Source of the DNA: Patescibacteria group bacterium
GTDB lineage: Bacteria; Patescibacteriota; Patescibacteriia; 2-12-FULL-57-11
Direction: 5' to 3'
Assembly: GCA_004297205.1 (NCBI GenBank)
Contig: SCUL01000002.1
Span: 252,594 to 316,593, forward strand
DNA: 64,000 nt
In this document: positions 47,494-55,822 of the stretch, one piece after another
Numbering within the stretch: the first letter of the stretch is position 1
How the letters are laid out: every line of letters begins with the position of its first letter
Notes under the pieces: model-generated
What the model was told of the DNA's origin: nothing
The model's input: only the letters and a program-made list of their open reading frames with translations
Databases searched by the model: none
Made by a program: the position numbers and the translations under genes

Positions 47494-47522
47494 ACTATAC
47501 GGTTTCCGTGTGAAATTAGCAA
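47494..47522 (-). promoter_or_regulatory. sigma70 promoter (TTGCTA-17-TATAGT) for the sigma / anti-sigma / giant-protein operon
   Basis: Minus strand TTGCTA (47522-47517), 17-nt spacer, TATAGT (47499-47494); ~60 nt upstream of GTG 47434 in AT-richer divergent region. Confidence 0.55.
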
Positions 47523-47590
47523 AAGGCGGTGTGCCTTTATGCAGTTGGGATACGGTATGCGGCATCAAACGCTTGCATTATCCACATCAT

Positions 47591-47612
47591 TTGTATACGC
47601 TTGTGTATACAA
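47591..47612. promoter_or_regulatory. perfect palindromic operator candidate TTGTATAC-N6-GTATACAA
   Basis: 8-bp perfect inverted repeat (47591-47598 / 47605-47612) ending 4 nt before ATG of the HTH gene and overlapping its candidate -10 (TACGCT 47596-47601; -35 TTGCAT 47573-47578). Confidence 0.5.
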
Positions 47613-47616
47613 ACAC

Positions 47617-47952
47617 ATGTCGACGCCTGATCGCATCATCCGCGTTTCCGTCTCCGAAGCCGCCCGCCTCTTTGGCGTGAGCATGCAGACGGTCCGCCGC
47701 GCCATAGCCGACAAGGAGGTCCTCTATGTGGTCGTGGGAAACCGCTACAAGATCAATTTCGAGAGCCTGGTCACCTGGTCCCAGCGCTCCGTCACGGTCC
47801 GCAATAAAACCGAACGCCGCGGTATCGGACAATTCGTCCAAGCCTGGCGGATCCGCAACACCCGCTACTCGCCCAACCCACAGATGTTCACCCCGCCGCC
47901 GGGTCCGGCGGCCCGCCGCGGCAACGGCGACGAAACGGGCTCCGTGAAGTAG
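47617..47952 (+). CDS. helix-turn-helix DNA-binding protein, excisionase/MerR-like HTH_17 family
   Basis: MSTPDRIIRVSVSEAARLFGVSMQTVRRAIADKEVLYVVVGNRYKI... (HTH excisionase-family pattern); start at ATG 47617 (first part of track ORF lies in promoter region). Confidence 0.6.
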   Translation: MSTPDRIIRVSVSEAARLFGVSMQTVRRAIADKEVLYVVVGNRYKINFESLVTWSQRSVTVRNKTERRGIGQFVQAWRIRNTRYSPNPQMFTPPPGPAARRGNGDETGSVK

Positions 47953-47956
47953 GGGG

Positions 47957-47962
47957 TTGACA
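47957..47962 (+). promoter_or_regulatory. TTGACA -35-like box upstream of lipoprotein A (weak -10 GATGCT at 47980-47985)
   Basis: Perfect TTGACA immediately after HTH stop; -10 element poor, so promoter status uncertain. Confidence 0.25.
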
Positions 47963-48026
47963 CGATCGCTTTTTTAACCGATGCTGGCGTATCCCACGGC
48001 CGGCACGCGCCGGAGAAGGAGGATGT

Positions 48027-48809
48027 GTGGGGTTTCCCAGTTCTTTGATGTCGGCGGTCGGCGTTGCCGCCCCGCTGATGGCCATGGCCGCCCTGTCGGG
48101 CTGCGGACTGATCCTGGACCTCGATCCTTGGCCGCCCGCGCCGCCCGATGCGAGCGCCGGCGTGGACGGCGGTGATATCGACGCGGCCGTCGACGGCGGT
48201 CCGGACGGGATGCGCGACGCGTTCCTTCCGGACGCGCCCGCCGACGCAACGGCAGATGCCGCGCTCGATGCCGGGATGTTCGATGCGGCGTCCGACGCGG
48301 ACGCTGGATCGGACGATGCGGGAACGGACGCCGACGCCGGTCCGCCCGAAGGGTGCGCGGACGACTCGATCGAGCAGCACTATCCGGTCGATCCGGGAAC
48401 GGGACTGCTCGTCATGGTCGGCTGCGACGGCGCTCGCACGCAATGCGAGGCCGAAGAGCTGTGCGCACCGGGCTGGCGGCTTTGCACGTTCGCCGCGTAT
48501 CGGACGCGCGGCGGGACGACGATGCCCGCCACCGCCCGCCGCTGGCTTGCGGGCTGCGTCCGCGAAATGTGCGGGGACGTGACGGGTCCGGGAACGGCGG
48601 TCTGCGCAAGCTGCGCGACCGGGACCGGCACCACGCTCGAGCTGTCGTACCAGTGCGGCAGCGGAGAACCGGCGCGATCGGAAGACGATTGCAATGTCGG
48701 CATTGCGGCCGCGCCCGACGACTGGCACCTGGTCTCCCGTTCGCTGGAATGCATCATGGCCAGCGCCGAACCGGCCTCCGACCTCGGTGGAGCCACCTGC
48801 TGCCGCTGA
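48027..48809 (+). CDS. secreted lipoprotein, uncharacterised Cys-rich family (paralogue A)
   Basis: GTG start with AAGGAGG RBS (48016-48022); lipobox ...AALSGC; Asp/Ala/Gly/Pro-rich linker; C-terminal ~150-aa domain with ~12 conserved Cys (...VGCDGARTQCEAEELCAPGWRLCTFAAYRTRGG...ATCCR). Confidence 0.7.
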   Translation: MGFPSSLMSAVGVAAPLMAMAALSGCGLILDLDPWPPAPPDASAGVDGGDIDAAVDGGPDGMRDAFLPDAPADATADAALDAGMFDAASDADAGSDDAGTDADAGPPEGCADDSIEQHYPVDPGTGLLVMVGCDGARTQCEAEELCAPGWRLCTFAAYRTRGGTTMPATARRWLAGCVREMCGDVTGPGTAVCASCATGTGTTLELSYQCGSGEPARSEDDCNVGIAAAPDDWHLVSRSLECIMASAEPASDLGGATCCR

Positions 48810-48828
48810 GCGACTGGAATCACCGTGC

Positions 48829-48866
48829 CGCCCGCCCGTATCAACGGTCGGGCGCTTCTTTTTGCC
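48829..48866 (+). terminator. rho-independent terminator of lipoprotein A
   Basis: CGCCCGCCCG-tatcaa-CGGTCGGGCG stem (one G.U) followed by CTTCTTTTT. Confidence 0.7.
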
Positions 48867-48869
48867 GGG

Positions 48870-48898
48870 TTGACAAAATCCGGAAAAAGCGCTATATT
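48870..48898 (+). promoter_or_regulatory. consensus sigma70 promoter TTGACA-17-TATATT for lipoprotein B
   Basis: TTGACA 48870-48875, exact 17-nt spacer, TATATT 48893-48898; transcript would start ~48905 with a 5'-terminal stem-loop AATACCGC-agtgaaac-GCGGTATT (48909-48932). Confidence 0.7.
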
Positions 48899-48987
48899 CC
48901 AGCGTCCGAATACCGCAGTGAAACGCGGTATTGCGGCCAAACTTCGGGTCCATTCAGGTTCCCCAACGTCAACCCCAAGGAGCAGGA

Positions 48988-49842
48988 ATGCCCCTCCACC
49001 GTCTCGTTCTTTCCCTCGTCATCCTCACGGTCGCCACCCCCGGATGCATGCTCGACCGCAGCGGACTCGCGTACAACTGTGAGGCCCGCCTCATGGACGA
49101 CGCGGCGCTGCACACGGACGGCGCCATCCCCGGATGGTGCCTGGACCGTCTCCGCGACGGCTCCACAGCCGACGCCGGGGCGCCCCCGGACGCAGGTCCG
49201 GAAGACGGCGGCGATGCGGGAGACGCGGAGCTGCCCGACGCCGGACCGTCCGACGCCGGAACGGATGCCGGCAGAGATGCCGGACCGGAAGACGGCGGAC
49301 CGCCTGACAGCGGCCCTCCCGACGCCGGACCGCCGGATGCGGGACCGTCCGACGCCGGAACGGATGCCGGCAGAGATGCCGGACTCCCCCCTGTCGGCTG
49401 CGACGACGGCACGGTCGAACAACCGTACGTCGGCCGCGACGACATGGTCGGCTGCGACGGCGCGCTGACACAGTGCGAGGCCGCGGCGCTGTGCGGCGCA
49501 GGCTGGCATCTGTGCACCTTCGCCGAGTACCGGACCCGCGGCGGGGCCGTCGCTCCGGCGACGACCTACCGCTGGCTGGCGGGCTGCACGCGCGAGATGT
49601 GCGGCGGGCTGGTCGGTCCGGGAACGGCGGTCTGCGCGAGCTGCGCGCCGGGCACGGGTACGTCGATCGACGTCTCGTATGACTGCAGCGCGTCCCGCGC
49701 GCACGCCGAGGCCGCCTGCAATCAGGGGATCACGGCGGATACCGATCCGATCGGTAACCACCTTGTCTCCCCCGCGCTCGAGTGCGTCCGGGCCCGGATC
49801 TTCCCGGCAGCCATGACGCTCGGCGCAACGTGCTGCAGGTAG
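48988..49842 (+). CDS. secreted lipoprotein, uncharacterised Cys-rich family (paralogue B)
   Basis: ATG 48988 with AAGGAG RBS (48977-48982); lipobox LTVATPGC; DAG-repeat linker (PDAGPSDAGTDAGRDAG...); conserved C-terminal Cys-rich domain ending ATCCR. Confidence 0.75.
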   Translation: MPLHRLVLSLVILTVATPGCMLDRSGLAYNCEARLMDDAALHTDGAIPGWCLDRLRDGSTADAGAPPDAGPEDGGDAGDAELPDAGPSDAGTDAGRDAGPEDGGPPDSGPPDAGPPDAGPSDAGTDAGRDAGLPPVGCDDGTVEQPYVGRDDMVGCDGALTQCEAAALCGAGWHLCTFAEYRTRGGAVAPATTYRWLAGCTREMCGGLVGPGTAVCASCAPGTGTSIDVSYDCSASRAHAEAACNQGITADTDPIGNHLVSPALECVRARIFPAAMTLGATCCR

Positions 49843-49849
49843 GCACGGC

Positions 49850-49896
49850 CCCGGTTCGACGCATCGACAGCGATGCGCGGACCGGGTCATTTTTTT
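49850..49896 (+). terminator. rho-independent terminator of lipoprotein B
   Basis: Long imperfect hairpin (inner CGCATCG-acag-CGATGCG, outer CCCCGGTTCG/CGGACCGGG) followed by ATTTTTTT. Confidence 0.75.
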
Positions 49897-49957
49897 CGAC
49901 CCTTCCCCTTTTGCGCGGCGCCCGCTAGGGTGGCCGTGCGTGCCCAACGGAGGATGC

Positions 49958-50671
49958 ATGCGAACTCTCACCTCTGCGCTCCTGCTCCTGATGGCAGCCG
50001 GCGCAGGCCCCGGCTGCTCGCTCATCACGAATCCCGACACGAGCCGCCTGTACCCGCATCCGCGGGAGGACGGCGGAGCGGCCGATGCCGGACCGCACTC
50101 TGACGCGGATGTCGACGGCTCTTTGCCGCCGACGGATGCCGACCTGCCGGACGCGGACCTTCCGCCTCCGCCCGACGCCGACGTGCCGCCCGCGGACACG
50201 GGCGTCCCCGCCGGCCCCGGCTGCCTGGATGGGACGGTGGATCAGCCCTACCCCGGCCGCAGCGACATCGTCGGCTGCGACGGCGCGGTCGACCAGTGCG
50301 CGGCTTCCGCCCTGTGCGGCGCCGGCTGGCATCTCTGCGGCTGGGACGAATTCCAGACGCGGACGGGCGCCGCCACCGCCACGACCGTCCGCTGGATCGC
50401 CGGCTGCGCACGGGAGGCATGCTCGCTCGATCCGATGCGGGTCCGCGAAGGTGTCTGCGGCGACTGCACCTCAGGAGGAGCGATGCTGCCGATGGCCGTG
50501 TCGTTCGCCTGCAGCGGTGCCTCGCCGCCGCGCGAGGAGATCAGTTGCGACGTCGGCGTCGTGGCCTTCACCGACCCGATCGGTCGCCGTATCGGCAGCA
50601 CGACCGCACCGTGCCTCCGGGCCGAGGCGTTCCCGACGCGAGAGCGCTACGGCGCTACCTGCTGCAGATAG
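49958..50671 (+). CDS. secreted lipoprotein, uncharacterised Cys-rich family (paralogue C)
   Basis: ATG 49958 with GGAGG RBS (49949-49953); lipobox AGAGPGC; Asp/Pro/Ala-rich linker; conserved Cys-rich domain (...IVGCDGAVDQCAASALCGAGWHLCGW...ATCCR). Confidence 0.75.
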   Translation: MRTLTSALLLLMAAGAGPGCSLITNPDTSRLYPHPREDGGAADAGPHSDADVDGSLPPTDADLPDADLPPPPDADVPPADTGVPAGPGCLDGTVDQPYPGRSDIVGCDGAVDQCAASALCGAGWHLCGWDEFQTRTGAATATTVRWIAGCAREACSLDPMRVREGVCGDCTSGGAMLPMAVSFACSGASPPREEISCDVGVVAFTDPIGRRIGSTTAPCLRAEAFPTRERYGATCCR

Positions 50672-50672
50672 C

Positions 50673-50723
50673 AAAAACCCCGACTCCAACATCGCAGGAT
50701 GTCGGAGCCGGGGAATCTTTTTT
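50673..50723. terminator. bidirectional rho-independent terminator shared by lipoprotein C (+) and gene 50725-52500 (-)
   Basis: Hairpin CCCCGACTCC...GGAGCCGGGG with extended inner stem, flanked by AAAAA (50673-50677) and TTTTTT (50718-50723). Confidence 0.75.
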
Positions 50724-50724
50724 A

Positions 50725-52500
50725 TTACTCCAACGCGCCGCTGACGCGCGTCCCCTTTTCTGCGGCGCGCGTATCAGCCGGGACGTCGGTGGCCAAATAT
50801 CCCGTCGTCGCTTCCGTCGGTGCGCCCTCGGCATCCTGGCCCGACAGCCGCACGCTGCGCACGATCACCGCTTCCGCATCGATCTGATCGGTCGTCGGAC
50901 GGAAGGCCAGCGCTGCGGCAAAGGTGAAGGCACCGTCCCCGGCGATGACGTCCGGCCGCCACACCAGCGCGTTACCGACCTGCCGCGGCACGCCGGAGAC
51001 GGAGGCGCTGAACTTGCCAGCGTAGGTCACGTTGCCGCCGAGATCGACGCGTAATTCCGTGTCTTGCATGATCAAGCCGGGTTCAGCGCGCACCACCACC
51101 CAGTACTCGGTTTTTTCATCAACGCGCGGCGGCAGAGGCCCGCGGCCGAGCTGTTCCCCTTCTTCGGTATAGTAGCGAAGTTCTGCGGCCAGCGTCGGCG
51201 CGGCGGCTTGGATGCCGACACGCTCGGTCGACACGAAACCGACGCGCTCTCCGGTCCCTGCCCCATACGCGATTGCACGGACCGTCATCAGTTTCGGATC
51301 GGCCTCGGGACGCAACGGAACGCGGACGACCGTTTCATAAGAGTCGTTCGGTTCGAGCGTGAAACGTGCATCTGCCGGGACACCTTCGATACGCGAACCG
51401 CCCGGCAAGGCCGTCGGATCGACCATATCCCACGGCTCCGGAAAAACGCGCAGTGACCCCCAATCAATCCGATGGTCGCCGCTTGCGACCCCGACCACCA
51501 CTTCAAGCCCGTGGTCACCCAAGCCGGGTTCGAAGCGTGAGATCCGTAACTCATTCCACGCGGTTGCCGCACTCATCCCGAGCTCTTGCAGTATCGACAC
51601 AGGACGTTTCGCGTCGGAGATAGAAATCAACCAATCTTCTTCTGCCGCGAGTTCTTCCAAAACAATGGACTCCTGAGCGCCGGCGGAAAACTCGCGATCC
51701 ACAAATACCCGCTGCTCATTGCCATGCGCTATGACCAGGTGGAGACTATCAATCGCGTTTGCCGAGTCGTTGGTAAACAGAACCGGGCGGACGCTGCCGG
51801 GAGCCGCGATATGCGCATCGGCGATCTCCGGCACGCCCAGTCGGAGCGCCGTCCCGGCGATGCGAATCTGGCTGCTCCCCTTTTCCTGCACAGGAGGTCG
51901 TCCGGAAGGCGTTCCTGTCAGCGTCGCCTCAAGCACGGCGTCCGTGTCATGCCCGACAAGCACATAACCGGAAACGCGCACCGTGCCGTTGCCGCCGGGG
52001 CCGACGGTGCCGAGCGGAATGACGCCGTGCGCGGTCAGCGGCTCGACTGCGGCATCCGTCGCGCGCTCCGCTTCAAGCGACGTGGTGCGGAATCCGTCCG
52101 GCAGCGAGATGGCGAGCGAGGCGTTCTCAAGCGGCAGCTTGCCGCGGTTCTCGTAATGCACCACGAAGCCGACCGTATCCGCGGCACGGACCTCCGCATC
52201 GCTGGCAGTCACGCTCAAGCGCACCGGCGCGACCGCTCCCGGCGCAAGAACGAACGAACCGAGCGTCACGGCAAGCGCCAGCACCAGGGCTGCGGCCAGC
52301 GCATCGAACAGGAACAGGGCGGCGCCGAACGACCCCGGCCGGTTGTAGCGGCGGGCGAAGTGCGCGCGCACCGGCGCCGTGATGCGTTGCGCCGGATGCG
52401 TGAAGAGATGGAGGGAGCCAGGCACGATGCGCGTCGGCCGCGTTTTTTTTGCGCCGGCCAGCGGGACGATGGTGCGCGGCGGAATGTTCGGGGAAGCCAT
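50725..52500 (-). CDS. membrane-anchored hypothetical protein (N-terminal TM, large extracytoplasmic beta-rich region)
   Basis: 591 aa, TM segment AALFLFDALAAALVLALAV near N-terminus, no recognisable catalytic motifs; 3-nt gap to upstream gene. Confidence 0.5.
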   Translation of the reverse strand: MASPNIPPRTIVPLAGAKKTRPTRIVPGSLHLFTHPAQRITAPVRAHFARRYNRPGSFGAALFLFDALAAALVLALAVTLGSFVLAPGAVAPVRLSVTASDAEVRAADTVGFVVHYENRGKLPLENASLAISLPDGFRTTSLEAERATDAAVEPLTAHGVIPLGTVGPGGNGTVRVSGYVLVGHDTDAVLEATLTGTPSGRPPVQEKGSSQIRIAGTALRLGVPEIADAHIAAPGSVRPVLFTNDSANAIDSLHLVIAHGNEQRVFVDREFSAGAQESIVLEELAAEEDWLISISDAKRPVSILQELGMSAATAWNELRISRFEPGLGDHGLEVVVGVASGDHRIDWGSLRVFPEPWDMVDPTALPGGSRIEGVPADARFTLEPNDSYETVVRVPLRPEADPKLMTVRAIAYGAGTGERVGFVSTERVGIQAAAPTLAAELRYYTEEGEQLGRGPLPPRVDEKTEYWVVVRAEPGLIMQDTELRVDLGGNVTYAGKFSASVSGVPRQVGNALVWRPDVIAGDGAFTFAAALAFRPTTDQIDAEAVIVRSVRLSGQDAEGAPTEATTGYLATDVPADTRAAEKGTRVSGALE

Positions 52501-52503
52501 AGA

Positions 52504-54621
52504 CTATCGAACGGCCACGGCAGTCGAGCCCAGCTCGGCGGCCAGAGTGAGGTCGCGGGTGAACACCAAGATGTCACGCGAATTGTTGTTGTCGACGTCG
52601 GTCACGGTCACGCTGATCCCGGCGGTATTGCGCCGGTCCAGGGCGAAGAATCCTTGGCCGCGCGGCGTGCCCGTTCCCGAAAAGACGCGCACGTGCGGGC
52701 CGCCGCCGGGTCCCGCGCCGGTCACGATCTCGGCGCGCCCGTCGCCGGTCAACTCTCCCACGGCCACCGAGATGCCGCCGCGGAAACGCGGATCATAGGC
52801 AAAGAAGCCGCGGTCGCGCACCCGCCCGTCGCCGGAGAAGACGCGCACGTGCGGGCCGCCGCCGGGTCCCGCGCCGGTCACGATTTCCTCCTTCCCTTCG
52901 CCGTCCAGGTTGCCGACGGCCACGGACGCGCCGCCGGGAAAACGCGGATCATAGGCGTGGAAGGGCGGCGCCGCTTCCCGACCATCGAGCGACCAGATGC
53001 GGATGAGCGCATTGCCGGTCGTGGCCGGCGCAGTCACGATTTCTTTGGCACCGTCGCCCGTGACGTCGCCGACCGCGATGTTGATGCGCCCGCTGAGTTT
53101 GTCGCCGTAGGGCAGAAGATTCGCGCTGCGTCCGTTGGCCAAGAGGATGCGCACGCGGCGGCCGTCGGTGCCGACCACGTCGGCGGCGCCGTCGCCGTCC
53201 AGGTCCGTGCGGATGACCGTCTCCCCCGCCCCGAACCGCGCATCGGAGACGAAGAAGCCGTTGCGCAACGTCACCCCTTCGCGGTTGAACATGCGGGTGA
53301 AGGCGCCGTTCGGGAACGTGCCGCCGGTGACGTCTTCGAGCGGCTTGCGCAGGATGACGGCGTCGCGCGCTACGAGCCGCACCTCGTCCACGATGCTGCC
53401 GTCGTTCACGCGCGGATCCTGGGTGCCGCGCAGTTTCTCGAAGTCACCGCCCAGCGCCACGGTCTTGGCCGCGCCGCCGGCGTTCACGACCGCCGCGCCG
53501 CGCTCGAAGTCGCGCCGCCAGACGCCGGCTGCGAAATTGCCGGAGGCGCCGTCGACGCGCCGCGCACTGCCCACCGCCCGGCCGAGATTGGCGTCGTATT
53601 CGTCGTAGTAAAACCACTGGCCGTGATCCTGGTCGCCGTAGTCATAAGAGAAGTAGGCGTCGTTCAGGAGCGCGCTGGCCAGCCCGAAGCGCATGTTGCC
53701 GTACTCGGTGAACCGTCCGGTGTTGCCGGTGTTGCTGTTCAGGATCGGCACGGCCGGCGGAATGCCGCCGCGCGCCGTGCGTTGGATCTGCTGCTGGGTC
53801 AACGTCCAGTCGCCTTTGGGAAAATTTTCGAACAGCTGTCCCTGGACGTCGGCGTAGTACATCGGCCCGTCGTTTTGGAACACATAATAGTCGGGGTCGA
53901 GAACCTCACGGGCACGGCGGTAGATCTGCCGGAGCCCCTCCTGCCAGGCGCGGTTGGCGTCGGCCGCGGTCTCGTTGCGCCCGTCGCCGTCCAGATCCAC
54001 CGGACCGTGGGCGAAGTAGGTGATGTCGTCCCAGCCGTTGTCGAAGAAGACGCCGTCCCACATGCCGGAGGACATGACCTCCTCCTTCACGAAACGCGGC
54101 AGCACGTCCTGCCAGCGCTCCCCGTTTGCTGCAGGCGAGCGATTCGTGACGTTCAGAATCCAGGTGCCGGGCCAGAAGGTCCGCCGGTTCCCGCCCGCAT
54201 CCTTGAGATACCACGATTGCTGAATGCGGTTCGCGAGCTTGGCGCGCAGCGGCGCAGAATCCGAAAGCTGCGCGGCATCGGTGCGGATTTCTCCGGCCGT
54301 GATGTAGGCGAGGATGACGACGTCCGGGTTGCGGCGGCGGATCTCGCGCAGCATCTCCGGCGAGCGCTCCTGCAGTTCCATGTCGAGGATGAGCAGGTCC
54401 CAGCGCGCGAGTTCGCGCGCGTCCAGCTCGTCGATCGTCCAGTGCAGGTAGTAGTTGGCGATCTTGGGTGAAGCGTGCGCCGACAGCGCCGCGACCGCGG
54501 TGCGCGGGACGGCGGCGGCAAGCACGGCCACGAGCAGCAGCGATCCCAAAACACGCGAAGCGCCGGAACGGGCTTCGCGTGTCTGCGGGCGGCGGGGTTC
54601 AGTGGGCCTGGACGTCGCCAT
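52504..54621 (-). CDS. secreted glycoside-hydrolase-like (TIM-barrel, GH114/GHL-type) protein with C-terminal FG-GAP/VCBS repeats
   Basis: Signal peptide; N-domain with YYLHW...WDLLILDME...VILAYITAGE... pattern resembling GH114-like endo-glycosidases; C-terminal repeated GDG..EIVTGAGPGGGPHVRVF and DLDGDGAADVV (FG-GAP). Confidence 0.5.
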   Translation of the reverse strand: MATSRPTEPRRPQTREARSGASRVLGSLLLVAVLAAAVPRTAVAALSAHASPKIANYYLHWTIDELDARELARWDLLILDMELQERSPEMLREIRRRNPDVVILAYITAGEIRTDAAQLSDSAPLRAKLANRIQQSWYLKDAGGNRRTFWPGTWILNVTNRSPAANGERWQDVLPRFVKEEVMSSGMWDGVFFDNGWDDITYFAHGPVDLDGDGRNETAADANRAWQEGLRQIYRRAREVLDPDYYVFQNDGPMYYADVQGQLFENFPKGDWTLTQQQIQRTARGGIPPAVPILNSNTGNTGRFTEYGNMRFGLASALLNDAYFSYDYGDQDHGQWFYYDEYDANLGRAVGSARRVDGASGNFAAGVWRRDFERGAAVVNAGGAAKTVALGGDFEKLRGTQDPRVNDGSIVDEVRLVARDAVILRKPLEDVTGGTFPNGAFTRMFNREGVTLRNGFFVSDARFGAGETVIRTDLDGDGAADVVGTDGRRVRILLANGRSANLLPYGDKLSGRINIAVGDVTGDGAKEIVTAPATTGNALIRIWSLDGREAAPPFHAYDPRFPGGASVAVGNLDGEGKEEIVTGAGPGGGPHVRVFSGDGRVRDRGFFAYDPRFRGGISVAVGELTGDGRAEIVTGAGPGGGPHVRVFSGTGTPRGQGFFALDRRNTAGISVTVTDVDNNNSRDILVFTRDLTLAAELGSTAVAVR

Positions 54622-55822
54622 AGATGCGCATCAACCGCTCGTAATGCAGTTCCGGAGAGAATTGTGCCATCCTTTGGCGGGCCTTCTCCCCGGTCTGCGC
54701 GAGCATGGTCTCATCCTGCGCACACCGGCGGATGGCGTCAACCCAGCGCGGTACGTCGTCCGGCGGCAGCAGGATGCCACTGACGCCGTCCTCGATGATC
54801 TCGGGGATGCCGCCGGTGGACGACGCCAGAACGGTTTTGCCGAGCGCCATGGCTTCGAGCACGGCATACGGGAAATTTTCGAACCAGCGCGACGGCACCA
54901 GCACCATCCGCGCACCGGCAATCGCCGCGTACAACTCCTTCCCGGACAGGAAGCCGGAGAAAAAGACGTTCTTCAGGCCGTGCATCGCAACGGCATCCTT
55001 CAGCTCGCGCTCCAGCGGTCCGGCGCCGATGAAACGAAACGGCAGGTCCGGCAGCGCGGCCGCCATGTCCAACATGTTCTTCACGCCTTTTTCTTCCGAG
55101 AGACGCCCCGCGTAGACGATCTCGCCGCCGACCCGGGGGGCGATGCCGACAAACGATGTCGGATCAATGAAGTTCGGCACGTGACGGATGCGGGAAAGGT
55201 CCTTACCCCAGCGTTCCAAAAGATTGCGGAGGAAAGCGCTCGGCGTCACGGCCAGGGCGACGTCGCGTTCGTACCAACGGCCGAGGCGATGAATCGTCAT
55301 CTCCACGGCAGCAAGCGCCGAGGCGGCGCGCGAGTCGGAAACGCAGCGGTGGGCCACGGCGTTCCAATATTTGTAGACGTGACAGCGTTCGCACGGCGCT
55401 TCTTCCGTATAGAGCTTGTAGTTCGGACAGATCCACTTGAAGTCGTGGACCGTCCAGACCACCGGTATCCCCTCGCGCTTCAGCACGGACAGGATCGACG
55501 GCGAGAGGTGGTGGTAGATGTTGTGGAGATGGGCGACGTCTGGCCGGAATTCGCGCAGCAATGCGCGCAGCTTGGCGGCCGCTTCGCGCGACCAGATCAT
55601 GTTGGCGGCCTTCTCGATGTCGGCGCCGATCCCGTTGCGGCGGTCATACTGGCGCTCGTTCACGAAGAAACGGCTCCACGGCGTCGGCACGTTCTCCGGA
55701 TGCTGCATGGCGAACGGCACCACTTCGTGCCCTTTGCTGGTCAGCAACCGTGACAGATCGAACACGTACCGCTCGGCGCCGGCGCGGACGTAGTGATACT
55801 TGTTGATTTGCAAAATCTTCAT
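54599..55822 (-). CDS. glycosyltransferase family 4 (GT4)
   Basis: Start MKILQINKYHY at 55822 (ATGA overlap); ...VLVPSRWFENFPYAVLEAMALGKTVLASSTGGIPEII (E-x7-E). Confidence 0.75.
   Translation of the reverse strand: MKILQINKYHYVRAGAERYVFDLSRLLTSKGHEVVPFAMQHPENVPTPWSRFFVNERQYDRRNGIGADIEKAANMIWSREAAAKLRALLREFRPDVAHLHNIYHHLSPSILSVLKREGIPVVWTVHDFKWICPNYKLYTEEAPCERCHVYKYWNAVAHRCVSDSRAASALAAVEMTIHRLGRWYERDVALAVTPSAFLRNLLERWGKDLSRIRHVPNFIDPTSFVGIAPRVGGEIVYAGRLSEEKGVKNMLDMAAALPDLPFRFIGAGPLERELKDAVAMHGLKNVFFSGFLSGKELYAAIAGARMVLVPSRWFENFPYAVLEAMALGKTVLASSTGGIPEIIEDGVSGILLPPDDVPRWVDAIRRCAQDETMLAQTGEKARQRMAQFSPELHYERLMRIYGDVQAH

Noticed and set aside
51586-54471. 961-aa plus-strand ORF opposite genes 50725-52500 and 52504-54621
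   Set aside because: Arg/His/Asp-rich junk; the minus-strand products have signal peptides, FG-GAP repeats and a shared terminator.
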